DNA of 24,000 nucleotides from Legionella sp. W05-934-2 (GTDB lineage Bacteria; Pseudomonadota; Gammaproteobacteria; Legionellales; Legionellaceae): NCBI RefSeq assembly GCF_964199965.1, contig NZ_CAXMZT010000004.1, positions 198,213 to 222,212 of the forward strand, read 5' to 3'. Shown piece by piece: positions 9,841 to 16,532 of this stretch (position 1 is its first letter; each line of letters starts with the position of its first letter). The notes under the pieces were generated by a model. It saw only the letters and a program-made list of their open reading frames with translations, ran no database searches and was not told where the DNA came from. The position numbers and the translations under genes were made by a program.

Positions 9841-11409
9841 ATGGTTGTATTTAGCCCTTTATCCTTGTACACCACCTATTTAGGCTGGCAGCAATATGAG
9901 GTTATTTTTAATGCCCTGTGGCAAACCGGTTTGTTATACCTTGGTTTTCTTATGGTAGGGTATCGATTCTTAAAAAATGTGCTGGCACCTTCTGGTGCTA
10001 CACATCACGCGGCAGAATATGCCTTGAATCATTTTCTTTATGAATTGGCAATTACTTTTTTGATTTGCGGCATCTTTATCTACCCCTGTGTGCCATTGGA
10101 AGAAAAAGCCATGAGTTTTAAGCCTATGTGCGGTATAAAAAAAGGAACAGATGCAAAAACCTCTACGTTAAAAGATACAGGTACTACTTATGATGAAGCA
10201 TTTGCAGACGTACTAACCCCCAATGTCAAAATGCCTATTGGTTTTGCACTTTTGCAAAATTACATGTCAGGAATTACCTACGGATTAATGAAAGTGACCG
10301 GTTGCACCGACAGCTTACAGGCGATTGAAGGCGATTTAATTTCCACCTATTTACCTGCTGATGTACGTGAACAAGCATTGAATTTTCACAGACAATGCTT
10401 CCTTGAGGCCAGAAGCCAATATCACAATGAACCGCACGATAAAACTAAGGTCAATGACATTTTAAAAAAATACGGTGGTGAGGAAGATTTGAAATGGGTG
10501 GGTTCCAAAGTCTATCAAACACTATACTATGATAAAATTTACGCAAGACAACCCGTAGCTGGCTTTACCTTTAACGAAGCCCCCAACAAAAATCTCGAAA
10601 AAGCAGCAGAACGTGGTGATATTGATGCCAAACATCTGCCAGAGCAAGGCTATCCCACCTGCAATCAATGGTGGAAAAAGCTCAAAACAGATTTGGTGCA
10701 AGTAGCCAATAACGCCAGTGTCTTTGACAGCCACCTGAATTACTACGCGGTTTTAAACAGGGTACGCACATTCAAAAATAACCATCCCAAAGCCTGGGGT
10801 TCGCAGTTAAGCTCAGAAGACTACATTGCCAAGATGTTGCTTAATGACAGTCGCGACATGCAGGCTAACAGTATGAAAAACCTAATGGGAAACACCAATG
10901 GGGCTTTTGGTGGTGCCATTTCTCATGGGTTAGTAAATATTGGGCAATTAACAAAATCATGGACATCAACGCCATTAAAGCGTGAAGCCATTATGCAAAC
11001 GCTACCTGTCATGCAGGCCTTTTTGTATTTCTTCCTGATTATCTTGACTCCTGTGATTTTGGCTCTAAGTGGTTATAACCCTAAGGCGTTAGGCAGTATT
11101 TGCGGTCTGTTTATAATGGCGATATTCCTGCAATACCTATGGCATCTGGTGGGCTTTGTCGAACGCAGTGTGCTTGATCCTTTAGGACAAAACGATGCCA
11201 TTGCAGCCATGCGCAATATGGCGGTTTTATTCTACTTTATTGCACCCATGTTGCTATTAAAACTGTCCTGTCATTTTGGTGGGGAAGCAGGGGCAGCCCT
11301 TGGTGCATTGGTTAATGACGCAGCACAACACAGTAACAAAGTTGCTAACTCAGGTGTGGATACCATCAAGCAAGGGGCAAAAATAGCCAGCATGGGGAAA
11401 GTAAAATGA
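9841..11409 (+). CDS. traG: TraG N-terminal-domain-like polytopic membrane protein (mating-pair stabilisation type)
   Basis: I prefer the start at ATG 9841 (AGGAG upstream, 1 nt after the previous stop) over 9769. 522 aa. Multiple TM segments at both ends flank a large loop. Last large gene of the MPF block, as in PFGI-1-type ICEs. Confidence 0.6.
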   Translation: MVVFSPLSLYTTYLGWQQYEVIFNALWQTGLLYLGFLMVGYRFLKNVLAPSGATHHAAEYALNHFLYELAITFLICGIFIYPCVPLEEKAMSFKPMCGIKKGTDAKTSTLKDTGTTYDEAFADVLTPNVKMPIGFALLQNYMSGITYGLMKVTGCTDSLQAIEGDLISTYLPADVREQALNFHRQCFLEARSQYHNEPHDKTKVNDILKKYGGEEDLKWVGSKVYQTLYYDKIYARQPVAGFTFNEAPNKNLEKAAERGDIDAKHLPEQGYPTCNQWWKKLKTDLVQVANNASVFDSHLNYYAVLNRVRTFKNNHPKAWGSQLSSEDYIAKMLLNDSRDMQANSMKNLMGNTNGAFGGAISHGLVNIGQLTKSWTSTPLKREAIMQTLPVMQAFLYFFLIILTPVILALSGYNPKALGSICGLFIMAIFLQYLWHLVGFVERSVLDPLGQNDAIAAMRNMAVLFYFIAPMLLLKLSCHFGGEAGAALGALVNDAAQHSNKVANSGVDTIKQGAKIASMGKVK

Positions 11410-11411
11410 AT

Positions 11412-11636
11412 TTAGTCTCCATGAATATGTCTGGCGTATTCAGATCCACTGATTGCACCATCTTCATAAAGTTCAGTTGCCTTCCCCGCAACATAGTATG
11501 GTTTATCTTTTTCATCGGAAGCAAAGGCAACAATCGCTTGCAAAGCAAGAAGACTTATCTTGCCAAATATTTTCAATCCCTTCAAAACCACCGACTGTGT
11601 TGGGTTGTTCTTCCTAATCATAAGGAGTTTTTCCAT
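11412..11636 (-). CDS. Possible small antisense-oriented ORF (74 aa) in the only gap of the transfer operon
   Basis: It fills the 225-nt gap between traG and the next + gene. It does not overlap a convincing + strand ORF and its composition is protein-like. It has no SD and no recognisable family. Confidence 0.3.
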   Translation of the reverse strand: MEKLLMIRKNNPTQSVVLKGLKIFGKISLLALQAIVAFASDEKDKPYYVAGKATELYEDGAISGSEYARHIHGD

Positions 11637-11967
11637 GTTAAATAAACGATTCTATAAATCCATTATAGGCATAAGCAAATTCATTCTGCCAGTGGTATTG
11701 CTTTTGTTATTAGCACCTCAATTGATCCGATTCAGTACTGAATTTAGCAGCATGAATGACTTTTTCAAAACCCATCAAATAGGTTTTTTACTCTGTCATA
11801 TGCTGTTTTATCTAGCTCTGTATTGGGCTTGGCCAAAACTGATTACAAGCATGGTAAACCGACGCCCACTTGAACTTGATGAGGTTCAAATTAAATTGGC
11901 TTTGCAAGCAAAATACTACCTGCTTGCGGCGTTAATCTTTTTTGAATTACTGGTTTGGTGGAGATAA
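11635..11967 (+). CDS. Small polytopic membrane protein upstream of the coupling protein
   Basis: I prefer ATG 11635 (AAGGAG 8 nt upstream) over track start 11560. 110 aa with 3 hydrophobic segments. Stop lies 3 nt before traD. Confidence 0.6.
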   Translation: MLNKRFYKSIIGISKFILPVVLLLLLAPQLIRFSTEFSSMNDFFKTHQIGFLLCHMLFYLALYWAWPKLITSMVNRRPLELDEVQIKLALQAKYYLLAALIFFELLVWWR

Positions 11968-11970
11968 ATC

Positions 11971-13977
11971 ATGAGCGAATATCCCGTTGAAAACCTTTTG
12001 CGTGAACCCACTGAATTCTATACCTTTCTGACCTGCACTTCACTGGCATGGCTAACTATCGCCAAACCACACCTGTTTTTACTCACTCAAGACATGGGAG
12101 TCTATGCAGCACTTAGCCTTATGACATTGGGTCTAGTTAGAGGATGCCAGGCCTTCCGCATCAAGCGTTATCACCGCAGGCTTTTTGCTATGCCTTATTA
12201 TGCTTTGTCCACCACGGAAGTGCCATTATCAAAGAAATGGTTGTTTCTTGGGAAAGGGTTTCGTTGGTTGCCTCATCATACGCAGCGATTACATCAAATT
12301 AAACAAATTAGAAATGAATTATTTATGCAACGAAATACGTGCTATCGCAAAATACGTGATTATTGCAAAAACCACGAAAGTTCATTATTGACCCAACTGT
12401 TTAATACTCCATCAAAATTCAATCCATTCAAACCTGATCCACCTGTAGGTGGCAGCTCATACCTACATGGGTTAGGTGAAAAAGATAGTTCTGTCTATAT
12501 CCCGCAGGAAGTTCGAGTTGGTCATACTTTTGTAGTAGGTACAACTAGAGTTGGTAAAACACGCCTGGCAAGCATCCTAATCAATCAGGATATTAGAAAT
12601 GGCGATGCAGTGATTGTCGTTGACCCCAAAGGAGATTTAGATTTAGTTCGTGATATGTACTCAGCCTGCAAGGCTAGTGGCAGATTACATGATTTTAGAG
12701 TGGTGCATTTAGGTTTTCCTGAATTGTCTGCTCACTACAATCCGCTCAAAAACTATGATCAAGTCAGTGAGGTTGCTACACGTGTTACCGATGCGATTCA
12801 AGCTGAGGGCGAAGGAAAACAGTTTGCAGCCTTTGCCTGGAAATACGTGAACATTGTAGCGATTTGCCTTGAAGAAATGAAACAACTTATTTCTTACACT
12901 TCTATAGGGTTTTACATCAATCGATTGGATCAACTACTAATGGCCTACTCTGATGCCATACTCCCCACACATGATCCAAATTATCATGAAAAAATAGAAG
13001 AAATCATCGCTAATAATGATTGCCGTGTAGATAAATACGGCAATACTCCACCGCCTATGAGCCGCTCAAAGGCGGTGGTGAAATATTTACAAGAGCATAT
13101 CAGTAAAACCATTACTTCAGGCAACGTTGAAAGCCTTCATGATCAAGTACTCATTGATCTGTTTGATGCAGCCATCATGGATAAAAATTATTACGATAAA
13201 ATCACAGCCAGTGTTGGCCCTGTATTATCAGAGATTAATAAGAGTAATGCCTCAAGGATCTTTTCATTTCATAAAAGCAATTGTGAAATAGAGTTGATGA
13301 GTGCAATAAAAAACAAACAAGTCATCTATATCGGACTGGATAGCCTAACAAACCCCAATATCGCCCAAGCAGTAGGTAAAGCCTTTTTGTCAGATTTAGT
13401 ATCCACTGCTGGAAAAATATATAAGGAAAGTAACGCGAATTACCGTCTCAATTTACATTGTGATGAGCTTTCTGAAATCATCCAAGACTCGTTTGTCAAA
13501 ATTTTAAATAAAGCAGGTGGCGCTGGTTTTCAAGTCACCGCTTATGCTCAGACCAAACAAGATATGGAGGTGGCTCTAGGTTCGAAAGCGAAAGCAGAAG
13601 TGACTGAAGGAAATCTAAACACTCTTATCATGTTACGTGTCAAAAATGAAGAAACAGCCAATTTATTAGTTAAAGTATTACCAAAAATTGGCGTGGTCGA
13701 GCACACTCAAGTGTCCATGGTCAACGACACACCCCATGGCGAGGATGGCGTTTATTTTAACACCACCAATGAAGATCGAGTACAAACCACCTCAGTACCT
13801 ATGATTGATGTCAATGACATTATCTCATTGCCCAAAGGGCAAGCCTTTGTTTTAGTGAATGGCGGAGAGCTGTACAAAGTAAGAATACCCTTACCTGTGA
13901 ACGATGGATTAGCCCCCAAGGATATCAAAAGCGCTATTCGTACAATTAACCAATTGGATAATAACCTTGGAGATTAA
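11971..13977 (+). CDS. traD: TraD-like type IV coupling protein (T4CP)
   Basis: 668 aa. Two N-terminal TM segments. Walker A HTFVVGTTRVGKTRLA. Walker B LNLHCDELSE. GGAGA SD. Confidence 0.85.
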   Translation: MSEYPVENLLREPTEFYTFLTCTSLAWLTIAKPHLFLLTQDMGVYAALSLMTLGLVRGCQAFRIKRYHRRLFAMPYYALSTTEVPLSKKWLFLGKGFRWLPHHTQRLHQIKQIRNELFMQRNTCYRKIRDYCKNHESSLLTQLFNTPSKFNPFKPDPPVGGSSYLHGLGEKDSSVYIPQEVRVGHTFVVGTTRVGKTRLASILINQDIRNGDAVIVVDPKGDLDLVRDMYSACKASGRLHDFRVVHLGFPELSAHYNPLKNYDQVSEVATRVTDAIQAEGEGKQFAAFAWKYVNIVAICLEEMKQLISYTSIGFYINRLDQLLMAYSDAILPTHDPNYHEKIEEIIANNDCRVDKYGNTPPPMSRSKAVVKYLQEHISKTITSGNVESLHDQVLIDLFDAAIMDKNYYDKITASVGPVLSEINKSNASRIFSFHKSNCEIELMSAIKNKQVIYIGLDSLTNPNIAQAVGKAFLSDLVSTAGKIYKESNANYRLNLHCDELSEIIQDSFVKILNKAGGAGFQVTAYAQTKQDMEVALGSKAKAEVTEGNLNTLIMLRVKNEETANLLVKVLPKIGVVEHTQVSMVNDTPHGEDGVYFNTTNEDRVQTTSVPMIDVNDIISLPKGQAFVLVNGGELYKVRIPLPVNDGLAPKDIKSAIRTINQLDNNLGD

Positions 13978-13978
13978 G

Positions 13979-14461
13979 ATGAAAGCAGAAATTACTTTAA
14001 ACCTTCGTACCCGTGAGGTGTATAAATTATTCGAGAGAAAAATTAGTGGGGATAGGCTATTTATTGATGTTATTTTGCATAAGATGAATATTGCCATTGG
14101 GCAAAGTCGTAAGCCAAATCCCATGGCTCTTAAGATGCTGAGCGAGATGGAACAACAACTCAATTCTCTAACTAATGCATTTGCATCTGAAATTAGACGA
14201 TTTGAAGAATTGCTAGCTAAGAAAAAAGAGTTTAACGGCAAACAAATCAATTTTGTTGTGCAGTTTCATCCAAAGATTATTGTATGTAACCCTCTAAGTA
14301 TTAAATTAGCTGAATTGATCGAGATTTATGACCAACTGATAGCAACTTTGAAATTACTCCGGCTTGCAGGATGCTTTGAGACTGATCAGGCATATTTTAT
14401 CCATATGAAACAAAAACAAAAGCTCACTAACCAATCACTAAGCAAAATTATTTTGGGCTGA
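13979..14461 (+). CDS. Hypothetical helical protein, translationally coupled to traD
   Basis: ATG 13979 lies 1 nt after the traD stop, with GGAG upstream. 160 aa, charged and helical composition. The antisense ORF 13909-14250 looks like low-complexity junk. Confidence 0.6.
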   Translation: MKAEITLNLRTREVYKLFERKISGDRLFIDVILHKMNIAIGQSRKPNPMALKMLSEMEQQLNSLTNAFASEIRRFEELLAKKKEFNGKQINFVVQFHPKIIVCNPLSIKLAELIEIYDQLIATLKLLRLAGCFETDQAYFIHMKQKQKLTNQSLSKIILG

Positions 14462-14550
14462 ATGAATTGAATCCTCTTAGAATATGGCATTGAATTAATG
14501 TGAAGCCACTATATCTGACAATGCCATAAAAATTATTCAAAATCCCATGA

Positions 14551-14760
14551 CTAAGTTGATGATTTGTTTTTCTCAAAATCTTGAAATATTGCTTCTGCTT
14601 TTTTCTGCTGTTCAAAAAGTTTGCAATAATGCTCTCGCATAGAAGCATCTTTGGCATTTTTACACAACTGTTTAAATGTTTCTATATTCGTACTTTCTTG
14701 AGCTGGATTTGCAAAAATCATCGTAGGGAAACACAACAAAATAAAAATCAATTTTTTCAC
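14551..14760 (-). CDS. Small secreted protein (69 aa)
   Basis: GTG start with AAGGA 7 nt upstream. Signal peptide MKKLIFILLCFPTMIFA|NP. Two Cys in the mature part. Confidence 0.55.
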   Translation of the reverse strand: MKKLIFILLCFPTMIFANPAQESTNIETFKQLCKNAKDASMREHYCKLFEQQKKAEAIFQDFEKNKSST

Positions 14761-14906
14761 AATTACATCCTTAATAAATAAAACAACACTCCAAACAAGA
14801 TTGTAAATAATCCTGCTCCGCTAGAATAATATAATGCATTTACTAGCACAACATTAACATTTGAGTGCATCGAAACTGTACTATTTCGGAATTAATTAAA
14901 AAGAAA

Positions 14907-15875
14907 CTATTCTGATAGCAGTTCTAAAATTTTAGGAATCCAAGTTTCTTGATACCACAACCACTGATTATTAACGACTAATTCTCCATATTGCTTTGCC
15001 TGTATATTCCGTGTACTAGCATCTTTCCACAATCTTTTCCATAAATTTTGATGAGCTGTTTTGTCAAAATTCTTCCCCTGTTTTTTAATAATATCTATTA
15101 CCTCATTTTGAGTTAGTTTTTTATATTGTTTGTATTTAAAGAGAATATTATCAATCGCCATTCCACTGGCTGATTTTTCATCAATAAATCGGTAAGCTCT
15201 ATCAGCTTGATTTTCATGATTGGTATTTATCCGCATATAAAAGACTCGATAACTATATCTTGAATCGGTTAAAGAATCACAATCTGTTTCATAATCTGAA
15301 ATAAAATCCAATAGATTTTTAGGCAATTCTTTTTTTTCTATTAGTTCATCAACTTGACCTTCACCAAAAGAAAACAGTTGTAATGCGATCGGAGTAATTT
15401 TCTCAAGCCCATAGTCATTCCCAAATAAATTCTTCAATGTAGAATTATAATTTATGCAACACGCTTGGAATTTTGCGCTAAAAAACGAATCAATTTTACT
15501 TGTCATTTGATGCTCAATTTCATGCCTAATTCCAATCAAGAATAACAAATTATCTTTGATGGCTTTCTCTAAAGGACAATTCTCATGGTTTAAACACTTT
15601 TCTAATTCCCAATATTTATAGGCACCATGTTTAGTTTTGATAAATAATTTTCTGGATTTTGGACTGTTATAATATCGATATTCAATATTATTTTTTCTGA
15701 AATAAGCATGTAAAAGATATGTCCAAGCAATGTTCATCAGAACAATAAATGATTCTGATTTAAATGTTATAAGAGGATTATTGTAAAGCTGAATTGCGGC
15801 CAAAGCCGCCTCTTGTGATTTTTTTATTAACTCATTTTTAATTGAAAAAACTGACCGCTTCCTTTGTTTAGCCAT
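14907..15875 (-). CDS. DUF3644-like protein with HEPN-type Rx4H motif (putative RNase / abortive-infection-like defence protein)
   Basis: 322 aa. The N-terminus AALAAIQLYNNPLITFKSESFIVLMNIAWTYLLHAY matches my recollection of the DUF3644 signature (A-I-x-x-Y-N-x-P ... F-x-x-L-x-x-x-A-W-x-x-LL-x-A). GIRHEIEH gives R-x4-H. Confidence 0.5.
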   Translation of the reverse strand: MAKQRKRSVFSIKNELIKKSQEAALAAIQLYNNPLITFKSESFIVLMNIAWTYLLHAYFRKNNIEYRYYNSPKSRKLFIKTKHGAYKYWELEKCLNHENCPLEKAIKDNLLFLIGIRHEIEHQMTSKIDSFFSAKFQACCINYNSTLKNLFGNDYGLEKITPIALQLFSFGEGQVDELIEKKELPKNLLDFISDYETDCDSLTDSRYSYRVFYMRINTNHENQADRAYRFIDEKSASGMAIDNILFKYKQYKKLTQNEVIDIIKKQGKNFDKTAHQNLWKRLWKDASTRNIQAKQYGELVVNNQWLWYQETWIPKILELLSE

Positions 15876-15934
15876 AATTTATCCAACTAAATATTATCTT
15901 TATAGTTTAGATTAATATCTGACAAATAAATTTG

Positions 15935-15974
15935 CGGCTGCGTCACTGAGGATTTATCCGCAGTGACGCAGCCG
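15935..15974. repeat. Hairpin H1, copy 1: perfect 14-bp inverted repeat CGGCTGCGTCACTG / CAGTGACGCAGCCG, 12-nt spacer
   Basis: Read directly. A third half-site, CTGCGTAA, follows at 15979-15986. The same core CTGCGTCACTG recurs at 22850-22881. Confidence 0.9.
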
Positions 15975-16018
15975 AAGGACTGCGTAATTTTTCAATAAAT
16001 TCAATATATTATTCCTGA

Positions 16019-16049
16019 TTGAGCAATCGCGTGCAACGCGATTGCTCAA
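16019..16049. repeat. Hairpin H2, copy 1: perfect 14-bp inverted repeat TTGAGCAATCGCGT / ACGCGATTGCTCAA, 3-nt loop
   Basis: Read directly. The apex GCG-TGCAA-CGC matches the apex of the hairpin at 22928-22962. Confidence 0.9.
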
Positions 16050-16068
16050 AATAATCAAATAAAATCAC

Positions 16069-16097
16069 TTGTCCAACACAAATCGTTTTGCTAATGT
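16069..16097 (+). promoter_or_regulatory. Predicted sigma70 promoter with extended -10 (TTGTCC, 17 nt, TGcTAATGT)
   Basis: -35 at 16069-16074. TG at 16089-16090. -10 at 16092-16097. No + strand gene lies upstream. The next elements are the ribozyme and the recombinase genes. Confidence 0.5.
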
Positions 16098-16105
16098 AAT
16101 ATTAA

Positions 16106-16158
16106 GCATAACTGACGAGACCGGTGCGATTCCGGCGAAACCTTAACAGGTCTTATGC
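16106..16158 (+). ncRNA. Type I hammerhead self-cleaving ribozyme motif (HHR-A)
   Basis: The RNA reads GCAUAA CUGACGA G(A)CCGG-UGCGAUU-CCGGC GAA ACCU-UAAC-AGGU C|UUAUGC. All invariant core nucleotides are in canonical order, with three supporting stems. Predicted cleavage is after C16152. Confidence 0.8.
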
Positions 16159-16161
16159 AAT

Positions 16162-16208
16162 AGCCACTCTCATTCTCTAATCTTGTGGCAGAACGATAAG
16201 TCGAGAAC
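16162..16208 (+). ncRNA. Conserved hairpin/pseudoknot leader A, following HHR-A
   Basis: 43/47 identical to 18370-18416. P1 is GCCAC (16163-16167) with GUGGC (16185-16189). Loop UUCUC (16173-16177) is complementary to GAGAA (16203-16207). Confidence 0.6.
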
Positions 16209-16532
16209 AAAACACCATCTGTACTTCGCAGAACCTATTGCAATAAAAGCAATGCAATTCTTTGAGAATTGAACCTAACAATACCATTTCTGTATTGCTC
16301 ATGCGCAACCATGGCTCGTATAGGCTTTGTTGTATTTAAAACATTAAAACCTAAGGAGGTCACCACCCTAAAACAAAGAAGTAGCATGTAATCAGGTCAA
16401 TGTAAGTTTGAAGTTTAAAACTGATTTGCCCCTGAACTGAGCCTTGAGGCTATATGCCTGGTACTGCAACCTTGCAGGCCGCTCTACCAACACTAAACAA
16501 ATACCAGGGCAAATAGTTTTAGAGGTTTATAG

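Noticed and set aside
11406-11645. 79-aa + strand ORF in the traG-traD gap, and the 11560 start of the following gene
   Set aside because: Implausible composition and no SD. The AAGGAG-ATG at 11635 gives a much better start for the downstream membrane protein.
13909-14250. 113-aa reverse-strand ORF overlapping the traD end and the 160-aa gene
   Set aside because: The + strand ORF is SD-coupled to traD and has a natural composition. The antisense product is Ser/Leu/Ile-rich junk.
14483-14528. 10-bp inverted repeat TATGGCATTG/CAATGCCATA with a 26-nt loop between convergent genes; the loop contains AAGCCACTAT, which resembles the ribozyme leader
   Set aside because: The loop is too long and there is no U tract for a confident terminator call. 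The 9-10 nt similarity to the leader is within chance expectation.
14448-14781. ORFs 14448-14657 (-) and 14581-14781 (+), overlapping the small secreted-protein gene
   Set aside because: They compete with the 14551-14760 ORF, which alone has a good SD and a clear signal peptide.
14810-14815. ATCCTG, resembling the MOBP/MOBQ nic-site core
   Set aside because: A 6-mer is expected many times by chance in 24 kb. There is no adjacent inverted repeat in oriT-like geometry.
16162-16230. Possibility that the conserved leader is a pistol-type ribozyme (5-bp hairpin whose loop pairs with a downstream segment, followed by a small hairpin)
   Set aside because: The topology is superficially similar. However, the conserved pistol linker nucleotides as I remember them (the AAA-containing linker) are not present, and the sequence after the pseudoknot is not conserved between the copies.
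16311-16391. 26-codon upstream ORF (MARIGFVVFKTLKPKEVTTLKQRSSM) in the recombinase 5' UTR
   Set aside because: No SD, no counterpart in the second UTR, and a length expected by chance.
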